The position numbers and the translations under genes were made by a program. The notes under the pieces are model-generated. The model was not told the origin of the DNA, did no database searches, and worked only from the letters and a program-made list of their open reading frames with translations. A DNA stretch of 64,000 nucleotides, from the IMG/VR virus record IMGVR_UViG_2864926767_000001; one strand, 5' to 3'. Shown here in pieces: positions 35,148 to 46,366 of this stretch; positions within the stretch are counted from its first letter, which is position 1, and every line of letters begins with the position of its first letter. This DNA is from a virus.

Positions 35148-35561
35148 TCAAAGCGCCAGCTGCGATTTTTTCATATCTGCAGTCGAACAGATAGCTTCAG
35201 GCACGTCCAAATGGTAAATCCAGTGGGCTCCGTGCCGGCATCTGGTCAGTTCCCAGCCGAAGGCCACACCCTCAGGAATATCGTCGAGTCGATACACCGA
35301 GTAGCCATGCCGGCGCAGATCAGGCGTAAACACCGGAAGCTCACCGATGAAGACAAATCCGCTGGGATGGGTGGTCTTTAGTAGCTTGGCCAACTCCTCC
35401 CACTTAAGACCCAGGGTCGAAGTCACAAGACACAACAGATCCTTCTCCTCGACGAGGCTCTTCAGATCGGAAGCTCTACTGCAGCGGAGGCGGCCATCTT
35501 CAAATACGCGGGTACAGGCGAACACGATGAACGCCATGAGGATGATGGAGAGGATGTACAT
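35148..35561 (-). CDS. Hypothetical protein with N-terminal TM
   Basis: ORF track. Confidence 0.6.
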   Translation of the reverse strand: MYILSIILMAFIVFACTRVFEDGRLRCSRASDLKSLVEEKDLLCLVTSTLGLKWEELAKLLKTTHPSGFVFIGELPVFTPDLRRHGYSVYRLDDIPEGVAFGWELTRCRHGAHWIYHLDVPEAICSTADMKKSQLAL

Positions 35562-35631
35562 GAGGCACCGATGGTTGTAGCCCGAAGTCTAGAGACGCGG
35601 GAGCACCTGCGTCAATTTCCAGGTAAAGGAG

Positions 35632-37179
35632 CTACATATCGAAGACCTGTGTCATCCTATTCGTCATGAGAGAGTCGTCTCGGAACGGGATTGAATCGAG
35701 ATACTCATTGTCAATGGCGTTACCTGCAGCATCCCGGAGGGCCTGCAGCTCAGAAGCATCCAACCAGGCCATGCTTCTCTTCGTCTTCGGCGCCCTGAGG
35801 AATGGAACGATCTGGTTTTCGGCAATCCACCCTGCAGATGCCGCATGGCCTCCGAAGCCGCGAATCAGAGCTTTAAGCAGGTGCCGGGGGATGCCTCGCT
35901 CTGTAATTCCCACCTTCGGAAGAAGGTTTTCACCTTCCGAAATGGCCGCTCCAACGGCGACTAGCTCGTAGTCGCGCGTGGCGTACCTCGAATCACGGTG
36001 CTCACTCAGTTTCATGAGATACAGAGCGTTGGTGGGCAACATCTCTGACAGCTCCAGTACATCGGCGCCAGGCCGCCTGGCTAGCGCCAGGAACTCATCG
36101 ACCCCTTTGAGACCATTCTTGAGATCACCCTTGATGACTGCATAGTGATCAGGAAGGTTCTTTCTAGTTACGCACGAAAGTAGCCTTTCGAAGGTCTCGT
36201 AAGGGCCATCGAAATGCTCCCACAGAGCGCTCCGAATTCGTTGCCCCACGATGACCTGCATAGTCTCGTATTTGAAATCAACAGAAGCAATAAGGTCTTC
36301 AATGTCTGTGTACCTATTAATAAGAGCACAGAATTCATCCGACCCAACCAGCTCTCCATAGAGAGCTGGGGCAGCACTCTTGACTCCGAACGCAATGTTT
36401 CTGGAAAACTCGTGGGAAAGTATCAATATTACGGCCTGGGCTGACATGGACTCATCACAGTCTTTCTCTACGAGCCGACGCGAAGGTCTTGCCTGCCTCG
36501 AAAGTTCTACCAAGAATCTGGCATTTGTCTGAATGAACTCAATTGCAGCGACTGTTCCTTCCTTTCCACCTACGAATGACATGTCGACCAAGACATGCGT
36601 CATTTGGGTCAGAAGAAGCCGTGGATCAAAACGATAGTGGTTTTCAAGCAGGCTATTCAGTAGCCTACTTAGCAGAGCCGTAACTTTAACTGTCTGTTCG
36701 TCAGAATGCGTTGGCGGAAGAAGCTGAGGTTCACGTCTATGCAGTGGATCACTCGGAACCCCTAGAATTCCGCCTAGTTCAATTCGCATCTCAGCATAGA
36801 GTCTGGTCACGTCCGGCTGCTTTACAGATTCCATCTCACGGATGATGGTCAGGTAGACATAGCCATCGTTTGGCCCCGTCTGCCCTCCTATCGCAATAGG
36901 ATCAGGGATGACGCTAATCGCTTGAGCGAGAACATCGTGCCTGAACAGATAACCGAAGCCGTCGATCAGAGACCGGCGAACAGCCGCGCCCGCCTCGGCG
37001 TAAACGATCTGATTGCTTTGCACCGACAGGTCAGCAGAAGCATGCCAGGAGTGGATGATCTTCACCGCCTGGATCATTTGAAGGATGGTTTGATCTGAAT
37101 CCCTGCGGGAGAGGTAATCCAAGGCCTCATTGAGGTCGGTTACGGCTTTCCAGACCTCAAACTGACTGACTGCACTCAT
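35632..37179 (-). CDS. Hypothetical helical protein with shared C-terminal motif
   Basis: 515-aa ORF; ends DSLMTNRMTQVFDM. Confidence 0.8.
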   Translation of the reverse strand: MSAVSQFEVWKAVTDLNEALDYLSRRDSDQTILQMIQAVKIIHSWHASADLSVQSNQIVYAEAGAAVRRSLIDGFGYLFRHDVLAQAISVIPDPIAIGGQTGPNDGYVYLTIIREMESVKQPDVTRLYAEMRIELGGILGVPSDPLHRREPQLLPPTHSDEQTVKVTALLSRLLNSLLENHYRFDPRLLLTQMTHVLVDMSFVGGKEGTVAAIEFIQTNARFLVELSRQARPSRRLVEKDCDESMSAQAVILILSHEFSRNIAFGVKSAAPALYGELVGSDEFCALINRYTDIEDLIASVDFKYETMQVIVGQRIRSALWEHFDGPYETFERLLSCVTRKNLPDHYAVIKGDLKNGLKGVDEFLALARRPGADVLELSEMLPTNALYLMKLSEHRDSRYATRDYELVAVGAAISEGENLLPKVGITERGIPRHLLKALIRGFGGHAASAGWIAENQIVPFLRAPKTKRSMAWLDASELQALRDAAGNAIDNEYLDSIPFRDDSLMTNRMTQVFDM

Positions 37180-38336
37180 CGAACCTCATACTCCTTCGCC
37201 CGTATAGGGGCATTATCCCCTGTGAGCGAAGGTGGATTCACCACGTAAGAATCGACATGAACCAGCACAGCCTCTTTGGCCTGACCCGTTCCGCGCCAGC
37301 GCACTCCGAAGTACGCGCTGCGATAATGGAAGCCTTGTTTGCCCTTTGTCCCGGCCGTTTCAGGCCTCTTCTCCATGGGCACGTAGATCTCTGGCCCCAG
37401 GATGATCCGGTCGTAGGTGCGTGCCAGGCGCTGCTCTAGCTTTCGCTTTTTCTTATCAGCGACACCCTCGATCTTCTTCGCCAGCTCCGTCGCCTCATTG
37501 AAGGGGCGGAACAGCTTGGTCTCCTTCCTGCCGACGTAGATGTAGAAAAGGACTTTGGCTACAAAATTGAGGGCCTCGGTGAGCCCTTTGACGAACTGAC
37601 CACGCTCCTCGAAAGGCTTGGCATTGCTGATGGCGCTCACGGCTCGATCCACCAAGGCCAAGACCGATTCTTCTTCGTCCTGGATGTAGAAATCGATGTA
37701 GTGGCAGGTGTCCAGGCGTGGAGACGGATGACGCCCCACTGGGCTCTCCGTGAAGGTAATGCGCATTTCGCGGACAGGCTGAGACGGATCGATCTCGAAA
37801 TTGTCGATCACGTTCCTTGGTAGCGCGCGGCCACTCGTGTGCCGGGTCTCTTGGATGTAGCACCCCTCACAGATGAAATACCCAGTTCCGAAGTCCATTT
37901 TATGATCGGACTTGGCGCGGTTTTCAGGCTTGTCAAACTCCAGATAACAACTCGCCATTGGGGGCCTAAGGAATTTGACCGGGATGTTTTTCTTAATTTT
38001 TGTTTCGGCTAACTGGAGCGATATATTTTCGTTGAGTGTATAGGTAGACCCCTTACACACATCGTGGCGAATCATGCAGTACTGTGCCTTCAGAACACCA
38101 CTGTAGGACTGCACATAACTCTGTCCAATATAATTGGCCAAGTACTCCAGAACGCCAACCCAGGAATCGTTGTACAGCTGAATTCGGCGAGCCATGATTT
38201 CCATGCCGCCGTGCAAGTACATTCTGCGAAGCTCCAGGAACTCAGGAATTCTTGCTCGAACTGGCAGACTCAATGCAAGGACATCACCACCCATCGCATC
38301 AAGTGTTTTTGCAAGTTGTTGTTCTGGAGTAAGCAT
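37176..38336 (-). CDS. Hypothetical protein with basic C-terminal HYR..W.GTG motif
   Basis: AGGA SD; ATGA coupling with downstream gene. Confidence 0.75.
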   Translation of the reverse strand: MLTPEQQLAKTLDAMGGDVLALSLPVRARIPEFLELRRMYLHGGMEIMARRIQLYNDSWVGVLEYLANYIGQSYVQSYSGVLKAQYCMIRHDVCKGSTYTLNENISLQLAETKIKKNIPVKFLRPPMASCYLEFDKPENRAKSDHKMDFGTGYFICEGCYIQETRHTSGRALPRNVIDNFEIDPSQPVREMRITFTESPVGRHPSPRLDTCHYIDFYIQDEEESVLALVDRAVSAISNAKPFEERGQFVKGLTEALNFVAKVLFYIYVGRKETKLFRPFNEATELAKKIEGVADKKKRKLEQRLARTYDRIILGPEIYVPMEKRPETAGTKGKQGFHYRSAYFGVRWRGTGQAKEAVLVHVDSYVVNPPSLTGDNAPIRAKEYEVR

Positions 38337-38422
38337 TTCCGATCCTTCTACTCTGTTTCAGCCTTGCTAGCGTGGATTGACAGTACACCGCTCGTTGTTA
38401 TGATCTTCAAAAAACCGATGAG

Positions 38423-39163
38423 GTGTACATGGTTCTGCAAGTCTCTGACTTCTCGCTAGCTAACGTCGCCCATACTGCTGATACCAAGCGCTGGCACAAG
38501 GCTCGCAGCCACAGGCTGCAGATGTTAGCCGAACACGCCTACAGAGTAACGATCTTTTGCCAGTACCTGGCTGAAATCATTGACCCGATGATGGACGCTG
38601 AGACTGAGCTTAAGCTCCTGCACAAGGCGTTATGGCACGACACGGCCGAGACGATCACCGGGGATCTTCCGACCCCGATCAAACGTCTGCTCGCCGCGTT
38701 CTTCCCGAAGGATCAGAACCCCATCGATGATCTGGAGCTCAGCGTCTGTGCCCCCTACCGCCGGGCCCACGAAGCTGCGGAGGGAAGCTACCTTGAAGTC
38801 ATCCTCAAGCTGGCCGACATCATGGATGCCCACCACTTCATTCGGTATGAAGGGCGCGGGAGGTCTGCCAAGGACATCGCCAAAGAGCGCAAGAACGCGT
38901 TCGGGCAATATGTCGACAAAGGCAAGGCCCTGTGGCCGCAATACAACTGGGATGGTGCCCACGAGATTCATAGGCGTCTGTTTACAGACGAACTCGTCGA
39001 ACTCGATTTCAATGAGATGGCCATCGGTAACTCTACCGACCACCGCCTCTTTGTCCCTATTCAGCAGAAGAAGAACCCCACATGCGGAGAAGGCTCCTGG
39101 TTCTCGACCTGGACGAGACACTCGTTCATTGCGAGGAGCATCCGTTCCCTTATGGGGCGGTGA
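38423..39163 (+). CDS. HD-domain 5'-deoxynucleotidase (YfbR-like)
   Basis: RWH..LAEHAY..WHDTAETITGDLPTPIK..KLADIMDA. Confidence 0.85.
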   Translation: MYMVLQVSDFSLANVAHTADTKRWHKARSHRLQMLAEHAYRVTIFCQYLAEIIDPMMDAETELKLLHKALWHDTAETITGDLPTPIKRLLAAFFPKDQNPIDDLELSVCAPYRRAHEAAEGSYLEVILKLADIMDAHHFIRYEGRGRSAKDIAKERKNAFGQYVDKGKALWPQYNWDGAHEIHRRLFTDELVELDFNEMAIGNSTDHRLFVPIQQKKNPTCGEGSWFSTWTRHSFIARSIRSLMGR

Positions 39164-39645
39164 AAACCCAGTTCCACCACATGGCTGTCCGACCCGGCAT
39201 CGAGCACCTCCTCGATACGCTGAAGGATCGCTTCGACTTCGCGCTATGGAGTAACAGCGGGCTGCCGTACATCCACGAGGTGCTTACCGAGCTTTGGAAG
39301 CCACACTGGCCAGCGCTGGTCGACATATTCTGCGGAGCAGACTCCGCACCCATATGCGAGAACGGCACCGCAAGGGGCTGGTTCAAGGATGTGCGCAAGA
39401 TCTGCAAGCGCCATCCCCAGTACGCGAAAGAGGACATCCTATGCCTGGATGACAAATGGGATGTGTGGTCTCGCTCCTACGGCAACCTGATCACGATCAG
39501 GGCGTTCTTTGGCAAGCCGGATCGCTGGCTTTACTCGGCCGCAGACTACATCAGCAGCATCGCCAACGAACCGAACTTCCGTAAGTTGGAGAAGCGCGGC
39601 TGGCACAATCGGTTTCCCGAGCAGTTCGACTCCTACGAGCCCTGA
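39082..39645 (+). CDS. HAD-superfamily NIF/FCP1-like phosphatase
   Basis: LLVLDLDETLVH, VRPG, LWSN, LCLDD. Confidence 0.85.
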   Translation: MRRRLLVLDLDETLVHCEEHPFPYGAVKTQFHHMAVRPGIEHLLDTLKDRFDFALWSNSGLPYIHEVLTELWKPHWPALVDIFCGADSAPICENGTARGWFKDVRKICKRHPQYAKEDILCLDDKWDVWSRSYGNLITIRAFFGKPDRWLYSAADYISSIANEPNFRKLEKRGWHNRFPEQFDSYEP

Positions 39646-39670
39646 CAATAACTAGAAAAAAGAGGCTTTC

Positions 39671-40201
39671 ATGCACTACGCACCCCAGCATCCGATCCAC
39701 TACCTGATCGGCTCCACCGTGTACGCCCCAGCTGTCATGAAACGGTGGCGGATGGAGCCGTTCGAGTACCAGATCCGCTACCTGTTCCTCTATGCCAGCC
39801 TGGCGGGCGCCATGGGTTTGACCACCATGAACCTGCACACCGCCGTGTCGATGTTCTGCTTCTTCGTGTTCATCATCGGTTTGATGTCACTGCCGGCAGC
39901 CCTGTTCGACATGAACACCTCGGTAGTGGCCGCCATCCGGGAGAACTTCGGAGGGGCAATCATCGCCTTCCACGGCTTCTTGATCACCTACCTGGCCATT
40001 TACACCACCATCCTGGCCGTGACAGTGCCGCTAGGGTTCTGGACAGTGCCTCTAAGCGCTGCAACGACCGCTCTCCCCCTGGCCCTCATTGTGGGCTACA
40101 GCATGCAACTCGTGGTGCTGGTGAAGCCTTCACTGCCCTGGGGCCTGGTGCCCGGCCTCTCCATCGGAGGCTTCATGCTCGCCTACTGGGTGCAGATATG
40201 A
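39671..40201 (+). CDS. Multi-pass membrane protein (Bax-inhibitor/YccA-like possible)
   Basis: About 5 hydrophobic segments; GAGG SD. Confidence 0.55.
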   Translation: MHYAPQHPIHYLIGSTVYAPAVMKRWRMEPFEYQIRYLFLYASLAGAMGLTTMNLHTAVSMFCFFVFIIGLMSLPAALFDMNTSVVAAIRENFGGAIIAFHGFLITYLAIYTTILAVTVPLGFWTVPLSAATTALPLALIVGYSMQLVVLVKPSLPWGLVPGLSIGGFMLAYWVQI

Positions 40202-40230
40202 AAAAGGGGGCCGATGGCCCCCTTCTCTTT
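40200..40230. terminator. Bidirectional terminator between convergent genes
   Basis: AAAAAGGGGGCC-GAT-GGCCCCCTTCTCTTT. Confidence 0.7.
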
Positions 40231-40244
40231 CCCTGCTCCGCCGT

Positions 40245-42347
<2,103 letters not shown>

Positions 42348-42365
42348 TTAAATCAGGAGCCCAAG

Positions 42366-44210
42366 ATGTCCACTTACAGCCCCCCTTCAAACGAGCTGGT
42401 CGCCGAACTGTTCAATCAGGCAGAAACGGAGGGGCGAGCTGACCTGCTTGAAGCGCTCGCCCCCTTCGTGGAGCTTGAAAAGTTGATCAAAATTGCGAAG
42501 CGCCAGGAAGGGAATGTGGGGCCGGCGCTACTGCGCGCGCTCAAGCGTGACTCCTACACTAAAAATGAGATCGATGAGCTGCTCTCTAAGGCCTTCGATG
42601 ACAATCAAACCTATCTGGACGCCATCGTCGAGCACATCGCCGGAACCAGTGACCACGGTGGTCGACACTTTGCCCTGATAGAGCTGTTGGGCAGAGGGTT
42701 TCATGCAGAGGCGCTGCATATTGCCAAGAGCTGTGATAGCACCAAGGAAGTGACCGAATATTTGAGGCAAAGAATTGATCGCCTCTCTGTAACTGGCGAT
42801 CCACACGCCGCGTCCTTTTCTAAACTTGGGGTTCCTTATAAGCTTCGCAAGGAATCAGTAGAACTCTTCAGTTTGCTAGATATCGACCACCATAAAGGCC
42901 TAGTTGGACAAGAAGTTCAATATAGGTATGGCGAAAATAAGAAAACCTATTGGAGTGAAGATCGCTATAAAGCAACCTTCGATCTCGTAGCCAGCACAAT
43001 CACGAAAGAACACATGAAGACTCCAACTCTGGTATCCAAACCAGATGGCGTCCGCATCATCTTTGGCGAGCTGATCGCCGCCGCCATCGCTGAGCGGGAT
43101 CGCATCCAAGGTCTCGGCGCCTGGCACAACGAAGCATTTCCTGAGTTCTACCCTGTCCTCTTCGCCCCAGAGGATGAAGAGGCTATCGTGCTCGCAGGCG
43201 CTATCCCAATGCTGCCGGCAGCCGCATTTTCCGCGACACCTACTCGAGGCTTCGTCGATTCAGCCGGGTTGATCAGCAAGAAAGACTCGTTCATGGCGAC
43301 CAGCTTCCTCCCGCATGAAGTGATTGGGGCACTCCAGAAACCTGGCAGCTTCAGGCTCGCATTGATTCACCACGAAAAGGCCCGCGTGATGCAGATCAAT
43401 CACCAGGGAGATCATGCAAAACTTACAGCCGCAATGCGTCTTCACCGCCCTCTGACTCCAGTGATGGCGAAGGGCGACCCAACCGACATTAATGAATTCA
43501 AAGGCATGTGGCGGATCAGTACGCACCTTTATGTAAAAGGTCATCCGATCTGGGAAAATGACATCTACCCTTCACTTCTTCCTCACACTCTTCACGAGGC
43601 GCTGCAACTCTATACCCCTGCGGAAATTGAACATATCAACCACCACTACAATCCTGATCGCGGTGCAAGCCCGCATAAAATGTATATTCGTCAGGATAAA
43701 TGCTCGTATGCCTGGCAGATTGAGAGAGCCAGATCGAATTTTGCTGAATTCAAAGCAAGATTTGGCTTCATTCCTTCTATTAAGCTCGAGGTAGACGAAG
43801 AATTTCTTCTCGAGCTTGCTAAAGCCAAACTGGATCTTGGGCCCAACGTATCGATCAGCTACCCGGACAACAGACCCAGGGTTGATTTCGATATCTACAG
43901 GCTAGAGGGCACCCTTGGGGTAACCTCCAAATACACCCAAGACCTACCAGGGCTGAGCATGAAGGCATTGCTTGCAAAGGCAGCCAAGAACATCAACACG
44001 AAGGACTTGGGGCAGGAGTCGCTTGCCCGCACCCTGGGCTTCATCGACCGTTACCCGCGTGAGGAGATCCTCAAAGCGATCACCACCGTCGGCCAGGTCA
44101 AGCTGGCGTACAAACATTTGGGCCTCACCGAAGACGAGTTTGAAACTCTTCCGACCAAGACCAAGGACGCGTACTACACCGGGGAGGCGATCAATACCTT
44201 CGGCATCTGA
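42366..44210 (+). CDS. Hypothetical protein with shared C-terminal motif
   Basis: AGGAG SD before ATG 42366; ends DAYYTGEAINTFGI. Confidence 0.8.
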   Translation: MSTYSPPSNELVAELFNQAETEGRADLLEALAPFVELEKLIKIAKRQEGNVGPALLRALKRDSYTKNEIDELLSKAFDDNQTYLDAIVEHIAGTSDHGGRHFALIELLGRGFHAEALHIAKSCDSTKEVTEYLRQRIDRLSVTGDPHAASFSKLGVPYKLRKESVELFSLLDIDHHKGLVGQEVQYRYGENKKTYWSEDRYKATFDLVASTITKEHMKTPTLVSKPDGVRIIFGELIAAAIAERDRIQGLGAWHNEAFPEFYPVLFAPEDEEAIVLAGAIPMLPAAAFSATPTRGFVDSAGLISKKDSFMATSFLPHEVIGALQKPGSFRLALIHHEKARVMQINHQGDHAKLTAAMRLHRPLTPVMAKGDPTDINEFKGMWRISTHLYVKGHPIWENDIYPSLLPHTLHEALQLYTPAEIEHINHHYNPDRGASPHKMYIRQDKCSYAWQIERARSNFAEFKARFGFIPSIKLEVDEEFLLELAKAKLDLGPNVSISYPDNRPRVDFDIYRLEGTLGVTSKYTQDLPGLSMKALLAKAAKNINTKDLGQESLARTLGFIDRYPREEILKAITTVGQVKLAYKHLGLTEDEFETLPTKTKDAYYTGEAINTFGI

Positions 44211-44228
44211 TCATCTTCGAGACCTAAC

Positions 44229-44252
44229 AACGGCGCCAGAAGGCGCCGTTTT
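44229..44252. terminator. Bidirectional terminator
   Basis: AACGGCGCC-AGAA-GGCGCCGTTTT. Confidence 0.7.
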
Positions 44253-44274
44253 CTATTGACCTATGAAGATCAGA

Positions 44275-45159
44275 TCAGATGTCCAGGATCGCAGACATGG
44301 CCTGGGTCTGGCCGGCGTCACCCATCTTCTCAACCAGGTCAGCTCGGCCGAGCTTGAAGGCCATGAGCCTGACCTCGTCAGTGTCGAGCTGCGAATCGAC
44401 CTCCCAATCGTTCATCTTCAGGATGTTGTCCACCACCACATGGGCCGCACTCTTGAAGTGGTCTTTAAGAGCATCACCGCCATCGAAGCCCTTTGTCTTC
44501 CAGGCCATCCGCCGCATGAGTTGCACCCAGCTCGGGTTAGGAGACTTCTCTCCCACCTCAATCCCGATCTCTCTGCGGATTTTCAGAAGGCACGCTTCGT
44601 CGTCGCCGGCAGCGATGGCTCCCGACAGGAACTGCTTGTTGCGCAGGTAGGTGGACACCATCTGATCCCGATAGCGGCCGGCGAGTAGTCCGCTGTCTTC
44701 GAGCTTCTGGGGGTCGAACTCAGAGAGTGTTCCGACAACCTGTACCAGGCCGTAATGCATCTCCAGCAGATCCATGATGTCTCTGGCCAAGCGAGCGCGG
44801 CCCTGGCGGATCGACTCGGACAAGGTCGACTGCCAATCGGACGCTTTCACCTGCCCGGTCAGGTCAGCAACAGCCCATAGCTTCAGCTGCACCCTGGCGA
44901 AGGGCTCAGGCATCGAAAGAATCGTTCGGGTGAATATCCCCTTGCCCAGGCCCGAAGACTTCACCACGGCGTCCGCAAGGGCCCTGTAGCGTTCCTCATC
45001 CGCAACCCGGCAGACGTTCTTCCCATCACGAAGCAGACAAGTGCTTACCGCGATACCGAACCCCTTGCTTCGCGATACCTGCTCGGCAAAGACGTTGAAA
45101 GCCTCGGTAGGTGAGCCCTCAGGGCTCAGAAGCTCGATGAGTAGGGTGGCATCAACCAT
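44275..45159 (-). CDS. Hypothetical helical protein with shared C-terminal motif
   Basis: GAGGTG SD; ends DAGQTQAMSAILDI. Confidence 0.8.
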   Translation of the reverse strand: MVDATLLIELLSPEGSPTEAFNVFAEQVSRSKGFGIAVSTCLLRDGKNVCRVADEERYRALADAVVKSSGLGKGIFTRTILSMPEPFARVQLKLWAVADLTGQVKASDWQSTLSESIRQGRARLARDIMDLLEMHYGLVQVVGTLSEFDPQKLEDSGLLAGRYRDQMVSTYLRNKQFLSGAIAAGDDEACLLKIRREIGIEVGEKSPNPSWVQLMRRMAWKTKGFDGGDALKDHFKSAAHVVVDNILKMNDWEVDSQLDTDEVRLMAFKLGRADLVEKMGDAGQTQAMSAILDI

Positions 45160-45167
45160 CTGTCACC

Positions 45168-46352
45168 TCAGAAATCCAGGTTCACAAGCATTGCTTTGGT
45201 CTGCGCATCATCAGAGGCATGACTGAAGAGCTCAGAGCAGTCAGTCATGATGAATGGCATCACCACCGTCAGGGCCTCCGGGGTCTTGTTGCGGAACAGC
45301 TTGTTTGCCTCCACGCCTTCGAGGATCTCGTCGTGGCACGCGATCAGCTCTTCTTTCAGCCCTTCCTCAGCGGTCGGCCACTTCAGCCCCGTCGCCTTGG
45401 TTAGGTCTGCCAGGAAGCCCAGGTACGACTTAACCTGCGAGTTGAACTCCTTCCCAGTCGCTCCCTCTCGCTTCGCGAGCTGCAGCATGTGGGCGTTACC
45501 CCTAAGCGCCACCACCAGGTCTGTGATCCTGGTCATCAGCGTCTTTTTCAGATCCGTGAGCTTGCTGCAGGAAAGCCCATCATTGGCCAGAGCCATAAGG
45601 CGTGCCGTGGCCTCGGGTGAACCACTCCGTGCGGCCTGGGCGCGGAGCTCGGGCAGGTTCGCCCAGAACTGCATCACCAAATCCTGGAACACCGGAGTCG
45701 TGAAAGCTTTACGATTGGCCGCAATCAGCTCGGCCACGCCCAAGTTGAACTCGATGTCATCGTAGGTTTTGGCATCGCGAAGCCCACCCTTGGCACCCAA
45801 CATCTCGTACTTCTTGGTGGCGGGCGCCAGATCGTAGATAACACGGGCGTTTTCAAAGTCGCTGGCATCCAGCATGCCCTTAACCACAGTAGCCGCGAAG
45901 CCGGCGGCCGCAGGCGCTTTGAGGAATTCATCTTGATCAGCCACTTTTGCCAGGGCAATGGCCAGGCGCGGGGTGATAGGCCTGCACAGACTTTCCGGCC
46001 ACTTCTTCGGCCTTCCCGCCTCAGAACCAAGGTGCTGGCCAATACCGGATACCAGGCCAAACGCCAGGTCGTACTTCCTGTCGTAGTTTCGGGGCTTTGA
46101 CTCTACGAGAGCCTCCAGCAGCGCTTCAATTTCATCGATAGCGCCAACCTGGGCCAACAGAGTGCCAACACTCCTCTGGTTCAGGGTTCCTGCCCCGCTA
46201 TGAAGCGGCTTATCGCCCAGGCACGGGAATGCTTCACTCACTCGAGCTTCCAGATCAGCCGAAAGCTCTTCGCTGATGGCCAGAGGGTTGTCCCAGATGT
46301 AATCCCGGCAGAACTGCTCAAGGCGGGCCCTCTTTTTGTCATCAATTGTCAT
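45168..46352 (-). CDS. Hypothetical helical protein with shared C-terminal motif
   Basis: Ends DDAQTKAMLVNLDF. Confidence 0.8.
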   Translation of the reverse strand: MTIDDKKRARLEQFCRDYIWDNPLAISEELSADLEARVSEAFPCLGDKPLHSGAGTLNQRSVGTLLAQVGAIDEIEALLEALVESKPRNYDRKYDLAFGLVSGIGQHLGSEAGRPKKWPESLCRPITPRLAIALAKVADQDEFLKAPAAAGFAATVVKGMLDASDFENARVIYDLAPATKKYEMLGAKGGLRDAKTYDDIEFNLGVAELIAANRKAFTTPVFQDLVMQFWANLPELRAQAARSGSPEATARLMALANDGLSCSKLTDLKKTLMTRITDLVVALRGNAHMLQLAKREGATGKEFNSQVKSYLGFLADLTKATGLKWPTAEEGLKEELIACHDEILEGVEANKLFRNKTPEALTVVMPFIMTDCSELFSHASDDAQTKAMLVNLDF

Positions 46353-46366
46353 GGCCTATACCCTGC